A DNA stretch of 64,000 bases from Octopus sinensis. Taxonomy: Eukaryota. Shown in pieces: positions 48,601 to 62,666 of this stretch; position 1 is the stretch's first letter, and each line of letters opens with the position of its first letter. The stretch lies in the NCBI RefSeq assembly GCF_006345805.1, contig NC_043014.1, forward strand, positions 29,636,001 through 29,700,000. Direction: 5' to 3'. The position numbers were made by a program, and so were the translations under genes. The notes under the pieces are model-generated. The model did no database searches. It was not told the origin of the DNA and saw nothing but the letters and a program-made list of their open reading frames with translations.

Positions 48601-51600
48601 GTTTATTGGAGAAGGATGTAAACATTGACAAGGAAACCAAAATTCTGGTGCTTTTAAATTAAAACTCTCTGCTATTTGTTCTGCACTGGATTACACCTCT
48701 TTCTCACTTTGACTATCAGAAATGCAGTGATTGATCTGTTGGGAACTTTTAACAAACACAACCAAGAATGTTTGTCAGTTGTGATTCAAAATAAATAAAA
48801 ATAACATAATATAGGTTGCTTATATAAACATATTCTTGGGGTAAATTTGACTGTTAAGAGAGATAATATTAGGTGAAGAAAGAAGTCCTTAACTGAATTT
48901 TGGTAATTCATAAACTTTGGTTTCAAACTACCATGATTAACTTTTTTTTTAATATCTTTGGAAATAGAATAAGCTGGGTTCTCCCCCCACCCGCAGTATA
49001 CTAGAATCACTTGTTGAGAGCTTTTACCATCTTGGGATATATTTGTTATAGCTTAGGTTACACTGAAATAATCTATACAAAATCTGTCAGTTTTAGCTGG
49101 GGGTTTTTTTTTGCTACCAGTGTGTAAAAATACTAAACAAAAGAAGCAAACATAATAAAAAAAATCTAGACCCTCTTTTCAAAATCCTAATTCATTATTA
49201 TATATTCTATAACAAATTTATATTAAGTAAGGTTGTACATACTGGTAAAATTTGTTTAATATTGAAATACTATGCCAAACATTAAATATGTTTCTGTGAT
49301 TTGCTTCTGAAGACAGCCTTGATGACACTAGTCCACTTAAAGTACATCATTACTTTATGCCAAATAATAATCAATAAATTAATATTCCTGTGTTGCTGGA
49401 CTATGGACAAGGCACATAACTCTGCTTGCTTCAGCCTGCCTGGTTAACAAACAGGTTACACTGTTTAACAATCAAATAAGTAATAATAAGCAGATTCAGC
49501 TTTGAAAACAATTGTGATAGAATATGCAAACATATACATTCTATCATGGAAAACTAAAATTAAGTAAATAAGAAAAAGGATAATAAATTACTACAGGATT
49601 CAAATAACAATGATTAATTAATTATATTTGAATTTTGAATTAATTGGTCAGTTGTAAACATATATTGAAATGGAATGGAAAATGATAGTTGAGTTATTAG
49701 AATTAGTGTCACTATGTGTCTGTACTAAATTATTTCACTCCCAAATAGTCCAGTTTATATAACTACCACTGGGCAAGAAAGTTATTTCTGTAAACATTTA
49801 CAGCATTGAAAAAGTGTTTCATTAGCTTGTAGGGTAGATTTAGAAAAGGATTGCCTGTAGATGTTTCTTTTCCTAAAATACTACTTGATAAAATATTCAA
49901 TAGTATCTCTACTGATACTATGTGACCTCCTGATATTTGCATTACAAAATATTTTTGTCATTTGCTTATACTTTTATAGTATGTTTTTGTTTTCGAATTT
50001 TCATCAGCCTTTAAAACAACTTAACTGTTCTTTAAATTTACATTTAAATTCACTTTTCTAAAAATTTCTTTAGTAGATCTTGTGTTCATCTTTTGTTTTT
50101 GCTGATCTATACTTTACAGATAGGCCCATGTATTTCTTAAGAGAATTTTAAAATCATTGATGTTTTCTTCACTGGTATTAGTTGGCTTCGAGCACAAAGA
50201 TTAACTGTTTCACTGTTGCGTTAACTTTTATTTCTGTATGGTTGTCTCTTTTTGATTTTACGTCACCAAATTAATTTCGCTGAGAATATATAAATCAGTG
50301 CACTGACGTTGTCTTGCAAGTAGCCTTAATATTTATTTTAAGATATTTCAGGGTCAAAATTGAGAAGGGACATAACTCCAAAGAAAATATTGTGCCACTG
50401 CTAATTTTCATAATTTGATTGCATTTGCGATTCTTTAATGTTTATTTAGAAGTATTGAGGTATTTTTAAAATGCATTATATTGTCTTTTTAAATAACATA
50501 AGCACGTGTTCGTCTGCATAATTATATCAGATTAGTCGCTCTATTTCATCTTTCACCTTTTTATATTCTTCACATTTTAACTTAAATAATAGGATTAAAA
50601 TTTGGTAAAAAAAATGCGATACTAGTAAACCTGAACTTTTATTTTCTTTGTGTAGTTAATCTTGGCGCCAATATAATTATTTATTTAGTAACATTGAAAT
50701 TTATTTTATATTCAGATAATGGCACGAAGAGACATTTATTTTGTGTGTGTGCGTGTGTATGTATGTGTGTGTGTGATATACTTGTTTCACTAAATGAATT
50801 TTAGCACTTCAAATCATAATACACTAAAAATTGAAGACAATAGAAAATTAAGTAGTGAAGGGACATAACTCTGTTTACGAACTGTCAACTTCCTGTCGTT
50901 GTCTGAATTTGGAAATCGATAACGTTACTCAATAACATTAATTCGCGTGTGCGCGTATTTAAAGGTATTTTCATATGAAGAAATATATTTCTTATAATCA
51001 CTTTAATTATTAAGTTTTATCAAATACTGAATTTAATGTATCCATGATAAAACTAGTATAAATGAACTGCTTATTACTCATACATACAATAACATTCGTG
51101 TCAAAGCATTTTTTTAAAAGGAAGACACGACGGTCGTCTTCATCGGTAACATTTATAGTGATAGAATAATGGTGTAATATTTAAATAAAAGCGAGCTATT
51201 GTGAATTATAATATGTTTTTCTTAATATTTAAAAAAAATACTTGAGTAATTCTTTTAAACATATTCATGAAGCTCAGATATATAACGAATTGAGATATTA
51301 ATGAATTACGGTTAGGATTCGGTATTATTTTTTTTTAAAAAACGTAATATTAAAAAGATTGAAGAAAAACATTGGTTTTCTGTGTTAGTTAACACTTACA
51401 AGTGTTTAATTTGTAATATTGATTTCATTATGAATGATAGATAATAAAAATAATTATGATTTTGCACATAAAATTATTATCATTGGTTTCATTCACTCAA
51501 TGTATTACTGCTACGAATTTACAGGAAGTGTACTCATTGGATTACTGCAATATATAACTGGTACTTTAACACTTATGTTTCTGCCAACAAAAATGATTTC

Positions 51601-51639
51601 TAGCATTGGTAATGAAACCACTAATTTATGGTGAAAGAT

Positions 51640-52385
51640 TGTATGCAATTGAATTAACTCCACTGTATCATGTATTAGTGGGGCCTATTTTATTGACCCT
51701 GTAAGGATGAAAGTCAAAGTTAGAATCCAAACACAACACAAAAGAATGTAATGAAATTCTACAAGACATTTTGTCCAGTACTATACCAGTTCTGTCCATA
51801 ATAATTTCCACATAAAATGATAGAATGAATTCTCTATTCATTATCTGTTAATATTTAATATTGTTGTTGAAGATTTTCTTCATTGTAAATCATGAATTCT
51901 GACATAGCTGAGGTTATATGCTCTTCTATTTAAATGGAGAAACTTCAGTCTTTTCAAGATGAACTATAAAGCAGCTTTCAGGATTTGAACTTAGGAATGA
52001 TAGGTAATTGATAGAAGGTTCTTTTACTGCTTCATCTTCTTCGACAATAATTATAATAATTGTTTTCTCCAATGGTTGAAGATTGCAACCTTTACAGAGG
52101 AATATAGTTGATTGAATCAAACCTAATACATGCTGGTACTTATTTCATTGAACCTTGAGAAATGAAAAGCAAAGTCATCTCCTGCAGAATCTGAACTCGG
52201 GATGTAAAGGAATGTAACCAAAAAGTCTGGTCTACCATTTAATGATTATAATAATGATTACTTACATTAAGACAGGTTGCAATTTGTAGAAGAATAGAGT
52301 GATTTGACTAATTTTTATCAACCCCAGAAGGTTGAGAAGCAAAGTCAACTCTGGTGGAATTTAAACATAGAACTGAACTAAATGC
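51640..52385 (-). mobile_element. Three separate Nin-type SINE fragments (about 51640-51790, 52125-52240, 52300-52385)
   Basis: ATTGACCCTGTAAGGATGAAAG, GCTGGTACTTATTTC..AATGAAAAGCAAAGTC and AAGCAAAGTCAACTCTGGTGGAATTT segments. Confidence 0.55.
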
Positions 52386-52986
52386 TAGAAGAAAAAAAAA
52401 AAAGTTCATTCTAGCCTCAGCTATTTCTGTCCTCCACTGCCCTATTAAATATAAGTTGATAATTTTTTTCTTATAGATGGTAAAAAATTTTATAGTGCTG
52501 TTTGTGGACTGACTAAAGTGTGTTTTGAAACTTTTCAAATCAGTATTTAGTTTAAAGGATGATGTTGAAACAAAACTTAATTTTTTTTTTTTTAAATTGA
52601 ATGTTTTCTTATTTTTTATCAGGATTTAGTTAAATGTATTAATTTCCCTCCCTGAAAGGAATTTGCTCTATTGACAGTTGTTATTCTGTGTGGTGTACAT
52701 TTTCTCAAACTATTTTCTGGTCTCCTTATTTGTCTTATTCTCCCTCTCTCTTCATTTCCTTTTCACTTATAGAACTGTGACCCACAACATTAGCATAGAT
52801 ATTAGTTAGGATGAGTTTCATTGGTTTAAAGTCTCACGCCATCTTTCCTTTGCATTAGCATCAGATTTAGGCCCTCTTACCCTGCAGATCTACAATGCTA
52901 ATCTTTATTTATTTATTTTATTTTTAGATACTACTAAGAACTACAATATACTGACTGTTTAGACATTAAATGCACTATTCAAGTAA

Positions 52987-52990
<4 letters not shown>

Positions 52991-53038
<48 letters not shown>

Positions 53039-53049
53039 GCATGCGCGCG

Positions 53050-53129
<80 letters not shown>

Positions 53130-53150
53130 TACACATATACATATATATTT
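52991..53150. repeat. (TA)n/(CA)n compound microsatellite
   Basis: Directly visible. Confidence 0.95.
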
Positions 53151-53437
53151 AATGTTTGATTAAGATTTTATTTTCACAATGCTTGTAGATATCATACTTG
53201 TAAATATGGATTTTCTATAGTCTTATTTTGATTTTATTAAATTTTACTACTTGTATAGTTTTTTATGCTTTAAATTTAGTTATATATTTTCACAACCTTT
53301 TGAACACTTGTTATCAAATTTAGTGTTAACATTGTTTCTTACTAATTACTAATGTTAGAATTATTAACTATGTATTTTTCAATGTATATATGGTAAATAA
53401 ATTTTCTGATTGACAAATAAAAGAAACATGTGTGCCT

Positions 53438-53458
53438 GTGTTTGTTTGTTTGTTTGTT

Positions 53459-53512
<54 letters not shown>
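53438..53512 (+). repeat. (TTTG)n(TG)n microsatellite
   Basis: Directly visible. Confidence 0.95.
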
Positions 53513-53515
<3 letters not shown>

Positions 53516-53964
53516 TTGTATTTATGTATATATTATTGTTATTAAATTGAAATATTTTTATAATTTTCTTCTTAAATTCAGAAATTTTTTTTAAATGTTG
53601 CAAATATAGTCTGTAATTAGCATGGATTAAAGTGAACATTTCTCTCATTTAATTATATCCTCTGAAATCCTGCTATTAGTCACTTGCTAGTTCAGTCTCA
53701 GATTAGTACCTACACAAACTGCAGTCAATCAAACCACCCACTCTTACATTGCGCGCGCGTGCACACACACACACACACAACAGCCATTACAATATACAGT
53801 ATGATCTGCTGGGAAACCATTTAAGGCTTTTTATGGTTATCCACTGCATGTAGAAAACAGTTGCATTCTTAAAATTATATAAATCTATAAAACACATCAG
53901 TCTTGTATGACCAATTGCCTAGCTGCAGATCAACATTGTTTAATATAGCTAGGATCAAGCAACT

Positions 53965-54004
53965 GTTATTATTGTTGTTGTTATTATTATTATTATCATT
54001 ATTA

Positions 54005-54043
<39 letters not shown>
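53965..54043 (+). repeat. (ATT)n microsatellite
   Basis: Directly visible. Confidence 0.95.
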
Positions 54044-54044
<1 letters not shown>

Positions 54045-54399
54045 ATAACAAATTAATAATTACATACATAGAAATTTTGATGAGATTATTTTTTGGATTT
54101 TCTTTAAATACTGGTATTGTTGCATCTAAATTGTGATTTGCTCTGAAGTTTTCGCAGTATTCTATTATTTTGCAGTAGCATTGTTAAATTAAGGAATACC
54201 TTCATTATATTATATATCTTGTTTTTTTGAAGGTATTTCAGATGTACAACACTTAAAATGAATTTATAAATATATTAATCATTTTAATAAACATTATGTA
54301 AATTCTCATGAGAGGGAGCAATTGTCCAAATCTTGACTAACTCTTCAAGCATTCAGCACCAATGTGTTTGTTTTAAGGCCCAGTTTTGATACAAATGAT

Positions 54400-54700
54400 A
54401 AATCAACTAGTTCCATTAGCTTACATTTTACTTGTGCACCATCAGGCTAGTTCAGTTATGTCTTTTTTCTTTACCATTACCACAATTCTCTGAACCTGCT
54501 GAATATATACTATTCCCATGTATACACACTTGTTGCACCTGACTTTCATCTTCCTATCACCCCTAATGTATCTTTTCCCCAAAATTCCACTCAAAACAGT
54601 CTTACCTTTCTCAAATTGTATCCATTTGGAACTCTTCCTAACATGCCTACAGTTTATTGATTAACCCAACAATACAAGTTTATCTAAATTTGTTTACTAC
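54400..54700 (+). mobile_element. Probable CR1-group LINE C-terminal remnant
   Basis: TCTTTTTTCTTTACCATTACC and ATTTGGAACTCTTCC resemble the LFYRYY and WNSLP motifs. Confidence 0.35.
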
Positions 54701-56509
54701 TTAACATTACAATTTCCCATTCTTTTAAAAACCAAAATCAGTTTTGTTTTTTCCATGGCTTAAGTATCTAACCCTACTGTCATGTACTCAGGTATACAGT
54801 TATGGATTAGATCATAGAGATTTGCTGTTACTGACATTTGCATTTATACATTTATTACCAAAATTTCAAGTGAGACAAGTAAATTTTATGAAGTATTTTT
54901 CAAATGATTAGCATTTTGCATATTTTTCAGGATTATATTTGCGAAGTCATCAATATCAGCTACATTTAATGTTAATTAAAATTATAAAAATATGAATGAA
55001 ATTTTAGATATATATATTTATAATCTTACCAATAATACTAAATGTTTGTTTCAATATATGTAGAATTTATCCATTTAAAATAAATTTTGTGGTCAATTTT
55101 ACACTTCAAAACATTTATTTGCAAATTCTTTGCTTTCATGACAGTATCATATTTTCATTAAAAAAAAAAGTTCAGTATTTCCAGATACATATGATTTGTT
55201 TACCACCAGGTTTTATTTTCTCTTTTGCAACAAATTCACTTCTGTGCTTGTCACCTAACATATCATCTATCTTCATTAACATTTGAATGCAGTACAGGAG
55301 ATCTTGATTCAATCAACTAAATTGAAATTGAATTGTTCTTGTGATAAGGTAAAATATTTGGTTGTAACATTTTCAATTCATTATCCTTTTGCAAATATAT
55401 TATCCAATAAGTAATGCAAAAAACATTTTTATAAATACTAACAAAAAGAAAGTAAAGCACCTTTGCATATTGTTACTAGTCTCACATCACTTGAAATGCT
55501 CCTACTCTGAAGTTGAACAGATTTTCTTTGTGTGAAGCAAAAGTAACATACTTCACAAGGGATGTCCAATATAATCTCTGTTACCTTTGTTTCATTGTTG
55601 GAATTAATCAATTTAATCACTAAATGAATGAATATGCCAACTGAATCAGAACAACAAGCTGTCTCTCAATAAAACCATGCTGCATTGATATAACTAGAAG
55701 CTACACTGTCTACATTTCCTTTATCACTTTCTGTAATATGTACTTTTAGTATCAATATTTTTTAAGTCTAAAAATGTTCATGTTTCAATGTCCCTGACTT
55801 ATAGTTTATTGTAGAACAATAAAATGGAACCTATAAATTCTATTTAGCAGTCCTTTTGGTATCACTGTCAAAATGCCAATTTGACCAAAAGTTAATGGTT
55901 TGTACATGTCTTTTTTTAAAAAATAATGTTAACACTGCATAATAGGGAAGCTAACACCATCACAGTTTTCCTACCTATCTATTTATCATAGTAAAATTTG
56001 TATTTATGTTTTCTTTTCCTCTTTAAACACACTCTCTGAACTCAGAACATGTGTGTTTTTAACTGTTTGGAAAGCTTAAGAAGCTAAAGAAGGATTGAAA
56101 GTAAGACAGTCTAGTTTTAGAATTCTCTTTCCAAATATGCATCAATAGAACAATAGTATTAAATCAAAGTGGTTTAAAATTTAAGGCTTTTTTTTTTGTT
56201 TTATTTTGCCCACAGATCATAATGACATTTATCTGCATAACATATCCTATTTAAAAAATGATTTTTGTAAAATATTTTGAATTATTACTTTGTAATTCAG
56301 GTACTATTTATGAACAAATCATTTCCTTTTTTCTTTTACATTAAAAATTACTGAAAAGTAACTGCATCATTTGTTCATAATCATAAAAAAAAAAAAATTA
56401 TACTAAAAATTTATTGACATATGACGAGATCATTTACAATGTGTTTGTACATAGAATTCCTTACTGAGATTAAATGTTAAATAATGTGAAGGATGAACAT
56501 TATTGTAGA

Positions 56510-57155
56510 GCAGCGGAATGGCAGAATCAGTAAAACGTTGGGGAAAAAAGTCTTGAAGTATTTAGTTACGTCCCTTTACATTCTGTGTTCAAATCACACT
56601 TTTTCATCCATCTAGGATCAATAGAATAAATTACGTGTACTAGAGGCAATTAAAAATCTACATTTCTTCTCCAAAATTTGTGGCTTTATATTTATGAAAA
56701 AATCATAATCATCATTATCATTATTATGGCAGCAAACTGGCAGACTTAGCAGTGCATCAAACTAAATGCTTAGCAGTATTTTTTCCAGCTCTTTGTGTTC
56801 TGAGTCAAATGTCACCAAGGTTAACTTTCCATCTTTTGAGATGGCTAAAATATGTACCAGTTGAGTATTGGGTTCTATGTAATCAACTAGCCCCTTCTCC
56901 CAAAATTTCAGGCATTGTGCCAGTAGTAGAAATTGTTATTATCTATTATTATTACATCAAACTGGCAGAATTGCCTTGTATTTTTTCCAGCTGTTTATGT
57001 TGTGGGTTCATATCCTGCTGAAATTGATTTTGCTTTGCATTGTTTCAGGGTTGATGAAATAAAGAACCTGTCGAATATTGAGGTTGATGTAATCGACTAC
57101 CCCCCCCTCCAACTCTTCCCCAAAATTGTCGGCCTTATGCCTAAGTTAGAAACAG
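56510..57155 (+). mobile_element. Three head-to-tail Nin-type SINE copies
   Basis: Heads (..TGGCAGAA/TGGCAGAC) at about 56510, 56727 and 56960, each followed by the same central and CCCAAAATT tail motifs. Confidence 0.7.
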
Positions 57156-59829
57156 TTACTTGTGTGAAGAGAAGGGAATCTCTCATCCAAATGTTATTTT
57201 TATTAAAAAATATTTGCAATATTTTGTATTGTTCTGAAGAACTCTGCTTATTTTTATATTAACATTTTATCTTCATTTTTTAAATTCTTTTTTTTGTGAA
57301 ATTGTCAAATGTTGAAAATGGAAAGTAAAATAGAATATGTTCATTTGATTAATATTTCTAGTTATTTGATCTTAATAACTTGTCACATAGTGTTATAGTT
57401 GAATAAAAGAGAATATTTAACAAATCACAAAGCACTTTATCATACATTCCTCTTTTACTTAGATCATATCCCTTCATGAACACTTTTCTTTTTACCTTTG
57501 TACACCTGCTCTGGCTAAGGTTTTTTTAAAAGAAATTAATATAGATGGAGAGATAGATGGTTAGATGGGTGGATAAACAGATAGAGAGAGAGAGAGAGGG
57601 GGAGAGAAAGAAAGGAAGAATAAAGTGTGTGTATGTACAAAATGTATAGCAAAATTAGCAGAATAAAGCAGCAGACAATGAATAAGGCCATCAATGAAAT
57701 TACATCAGCTGTAAAATCTCGATGAATCAAGATAGCTTTGTTGCTCGTAACTAGTATTAGCTACTGTTCCACAGTAGTCTGCCTACCAACTAGCTTAGCT
57801 CTGCTGTCTAGCTGCTAGGCGTTTAGATCAAATGTTCATGGTTTATAGTGATATCACCCTCTTTGTAAGCTGCCTAGCATGCATACACATTCAAACAGTT
57901 AACTAGCATATAAGACCTGGGAGGTAAATGAAATGATTGCAGTAGTTTTACATGCCAAAAGACCTATTTAATATCTTACTGAAAAAGTCTCACCATCTTA
58001 AATGTGAAATTACATAATTAGACAGTAGTAGCAGATGTGATAAAAATTTTGTATACTTATTATTTTAACATATAATATTAACATTCCTCTAATTGTTTTT
58101 CTTTTTTACTACATCATTTAAGAATACACACACACACACACTCACACATGCACACACGCACATAGCTTACCGTTTAGCCAGCAGCAAAATGTAGTTAACA
58201 ATCACTTCGAATTTCAAAAATATTTTTTGTTTTTTAGTCATCAGTGAATATTTAAAACTCCTAGTATTTATCTTCTGTTTTAAAGTAGACCCTTGAAGTT
58301 GATAGTAAATCCTTGAATATTTTTCCTTGAGTGTATCTTTTCTAAATTTCTATTCAGACGAGAACTACGCAAGCGCGCACACACAGACACACACTATCTC
58401 TATTTCCCTCCTCCTTCTACTCCTGTTTATCTAAGTTTATTCCTTCCTTTATTCTCTTTCTTATTCTTAGACACCAATTGACATGCTAGCACAGTTAAGT
58501 ATAACAGAATGGCGGATTGGCTATGAAGTAGAGTTAGCTTCTAGTCTACAGCAAGCTATAGCTGTGTGTGAAAATGTTTCACTCATTCTAATTCAAGCTG
58601 AATATGAAATGAGAATTGGCAATATATGTTACTGTGAGACCTACTTGTTGGACTTATCACACATACTCAGAAGAAATATATTTGTATAAATTACTTATAC
58701 TAGCTCATCATGATTAACTAACCGGCATGTCTGCTACTTACATGGATATGATATACTTGCATTGTTTTTTGTTGATTACATCATATGTTTTTTTTTAATT
58801 CCTCAATGATATATGGCATACAAAACTTAATTATGGTATGAATAGTAATCAGTTTAACTATTTTTGAAAGCCTTATGTATTTTGTTTTATGCTTTATACT
58901 TTTAATTCTGTCAAAGGAGATTTGTTCTTTTTCAACAATACCAATGCCGGTAACTGGCTGCAGAAATTTGACTATGGCTTCCCCTTCCAAGAACTCTTTT
59001 CTAAGATGAGGTCAGATTAGTTAAACCTGTAAACTAGCCCGTGGCAAGGACTTAGGCAAAGTGGTCCCCGCAGATTGGGTTCACCAGACATGTTATGTAT
59101 GACCTAATGGATTGTTACCTTGTAATCACTGCAGCAGCATCAGCTAACGAAAGGCCCTGTTGAATTATGCCTATAAAATTGTTGCCACTGTGTGGTAAGT
59201 AGCAGCTAAGCACAGCATTTGACTACTAAAAAAGATGGAGGCGAGGCAGACTTAAATGTAAACCCATGACTGTCTGCATATTTAATTCTGTTTTGATAAT
59301 GATCTATATTCTTTTACAGATTACTCAATACCTTTTTTTGTTGCTTGTTTGAAATTACTTAATCATTGCCGATATAACATTTTGTTGTGAAATTTATTGC
59401 ATCGCTGTTTCATAATATCTCCATCTCTTTTGCCATCTTCTCCCTTTTTGAATGTGAATCATTTACTGTATATTAGCTATCTTTTATGCCTCTTAATGAT
59501 AATAATAGAACTCAATTCAGTTACTTAGTCATGATATTTCATTTGTTACTGGGTAGGGTTTTTTTTTAAAAATCTTTAATGAAATGGCATACCTCTTGTA
59601 TGTTCCATTCTGAAAAATGTATTATATTTGAATATTATTTTTGTTTTTAATATGGAAATAGCTTGTACTTGGTGCATTGATTTGTGGTACTTCCCTCCCT
59701 TTCTGTTAAAAACAGCTATAAAATCCTTTGATGTATTTTTCAAATTGAAGTCATCTTATTTACTTATTATTGCCACATGTAATTATTTTTTTCTGGTCTA
59801 TTGTTGTATTTAATATATTGTTGAATATA

Positions 59830-60000
59830 CCATGTGGTACAAAGATGGCGGGACAGATTCTTAATCTTTTTAGTGACCTGACATGAGGTACTCCTTTCAT
59901 TTCTGTCGACGATGACTGTACATCCTAAGAAATATAACATAGCGCATGCGTAGCTATATAGAAGCCGGTGACTGCGCAACCACATTGCCAAAATGTGGGC
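59830..60000. promoter_or_regulatory. Promoter-like module A (YY1- and NRF1-like motifs, CpG retained)
   Basis: AAGATGGCGG at 59842-59851 and GCGCATGCGT at 59942-59951; + strand splice donors and acceptors follow at 60229-60470. Confidence 0.5.
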
Positions 60001-60178
60001 ATAGTGTTTAATGTATGTAAAATGAGACAGCGGGGTTCCCCTTCTCATGTACACGGAGTAATTATGCATGAGAGTGTGTCTGTCTGTTATATATGTATAT
60101 ATATCTATATACACATATATATATATATACATATATATATACATATATATATGTATATATATATATATATATGTATAA

Positions 60179-60209
<31 letters not shown>

Positions 60210-62279
60210 GACACGCACACACTTACAAGGTATAGGTAGTTTCCTCCTTCAGGTCACTTATCAGACCATGTCATTTTATTACAGAAAGAAGCAGGCGTCA
60301 GTTTTGTTTCTTTTTTCACTGCTTAGTATTGCAATGGGAATAAGTCATTGAGGTCATGGGTAAGATCTTTACTATCTGGCATACTCTTTGCAACTCACTA
60401 AAATTCCTGTCTGGGTCATGTGTGCTCTGCTGGCAGGTAAGGGCAACAACTTGCTTTTACTCTCTTCAGGTTTTATGAAACCAGTACAAAGCTCTTAAGT
60501 AATAGAACTATTACTTCATAGCCAAGTTGATTTTATACATATTTAATCAGAATTGATTGCTGTTTTTTGTTTCATTTTTTTTTCCTACATTATCTTTGAA
60601 TATTAATCCAAGCGAGTTTTTTTCTTAAAAAGAAAAACAAAATGAAAAGCAATTTAAGTTAAAACAGAAGACTTTGGAAGCGAGGTGGGAATTAAATTGA
60701 TATTTGTAGAGCTGAAACAATGTAAAGTATGTACTTTATAGCAAGCAGACTTTTAAATGATTGCATAGAGGATTTAGTAGGTTAGTGTGCTAATTGACAG
60801 ATAGTTATAGTATTCAGCAAACTTTTAATTATTAATGACAAATTTCCTATGAGAATTTGTACTTATATTTCAACTTTATTTCTTCCATGTGGATTTCAGC
60901 ACACAGAATATGTAGTCTTCTCAAAACTGGTAGGAGTGGTGTGGCAAAAACGCATGCGCATATACGACCTCTGTAGAACAACTGAATCGAGATATCTGCA
61001 ACGATGGCTATGTAATAGGAAATTTAAAAGCTGTTCATTGGTGATGTATAATTCTAACTGATATTGTCTCACACTGCTTTTTTAACTACATGTAATATTT
61101 ATCGCTTATCAATTCTAGATTAATAAGGTTCTTTTTGCAGTAATTTATTTCTAATTATATTATGTGAAGCTCTACCGTGTGATTTTTCTTTTTACAAGAT
61201 AAAAAAAAAAAATCATAGTAGGTGGGTATGTTTGTGTGTGTGCATATATATATATATATATGTACATATGCATATATATATATATATAACACAAACATAC
61301 AGTGTTATTATTTTTACTGAAACGACTTAATTTTTTAAAAAAGATTTCTTTGTTAGAAATTCTTTTATCGCTGGAGAAATCGAAAGAAAAATTTGCTTTA
61401 CTTACATATAGCAAAGTGTCTTTTTCTTCTATTTATAATGCACTGAAATATAACCTACAGTAGTATAGAGTTTTCTTCATGGCAAGAAACACATGCGCAA
61501 TGAAAAACTCTAAATTATTGAAATTCGGTTTATATTAATTGGAAAATAGATATATAATACTTAAAACAAACTACTTGGTTAGTTTAATATCTGTACATGT
61601 AGATGAAATAATTTTGAAGTAAATCATATCTGTTGCATTGGTTTGCTGAATTCAATATAACTTGATGAATAGTGCAAAATTCAACTTACAATATTATTCA
61701 AATCTTAATTTTTACTTTTTATCTTTAAATTAAAATAAATCAATAAATATTTGATAATATTTAGTTGTAATTTTATTCTGAAATTATCACAAATAGTTGA
61801 ATTTTTGAAATCTAAATTGAACGAATCAACTGTATTTAAATTAAATGCTTCTTGCAACCGTTGCAATCTTCCCCTCTTTACTACTCATCCCCCTCCCTTT
61901 TCAACAGTTACATTAGGGCTGGATATATTTTTTAGTTACTTTATGAATTTCATTTTCCCCCAACTTAGAATTCAGTTTTGAATACTTTTCAGGATTTTTT
62001 ATCCTAATGAGATATATCTTACAAGTTTTAGTTTAGATAAAATTCATGTAAGGAAATAGTTTTCAAATAACATTTAGCAACTTTTTACTTTGTTTTACCT
62101 TGATCAAGTTAGTTTATTCCAGCATTTTTTTCTTTTACCAATAACTTTAGTGATATTTTGAAAAGTCTCTAATTTTGCTGTAATGCATTTCCAGTAAAAT
62201 GTAAAACAACTTTTAATCTTTCTTTAAACCAGATATCTTGTAAATTCATCGTAACGTTAGTATAACTTCTCACAGAGGT

Positions 62280-62666
62280 TGAACGTGCATGCGTTCATTT
62301 TTACACTTATCGTGCTCGGTGTGTGTGTAATAAACTTAGAAAATTAAGTGAACAACCAAGCTGCTGTCGTCGCAATTTAGATAAATAGTATACCAAAATA
62401 AGTAGTTACACATAGTCACAGATTTCTTGCAACAAATGCTGTGCCTGCTTCAATGCATCTTATCTTAGCTTTATCATTCTGCCTTCGTCAACGTGGTAGG
62501 AGTGGCCTGGTCGTAGTACATGCGCAATGCATGCAACTGCAGTTTTAAGCAGCCCCAGTGGTAACACCTATTTAGTGCATAATTTCTCTGAAAGGAAAAA
62601 TACTCGCCATCTTGGACAGACTTGTATATTATGTATTCTTTTAAAATGTTCAATGTAAGGTAAGAT
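62280..62666 (+). promoter_or_regulatory. Promoter-like module B with probable non-coding first exon ending at 62660
   Basis: GTGCATGCGT at 62285, ACATGCGCA at 62518, CGCCATCTT (YY1, reverse) at 62605-62613, AAG|GTAAGA donor at 62660/62661; CpG-rich compared with the rest of the window. Confidence 0.55.

Noticed and set aside
49985-50015. Minus-strand CTGATGA..GAAA
   Set aside because: No stem II, helix I or NUH arrangement; chance match.
58935-58985. CCAATGCCGGT match to a twister ribozyme segment
   Set aside because: The pseudoknot partners and P1/P2 pairing are absent.
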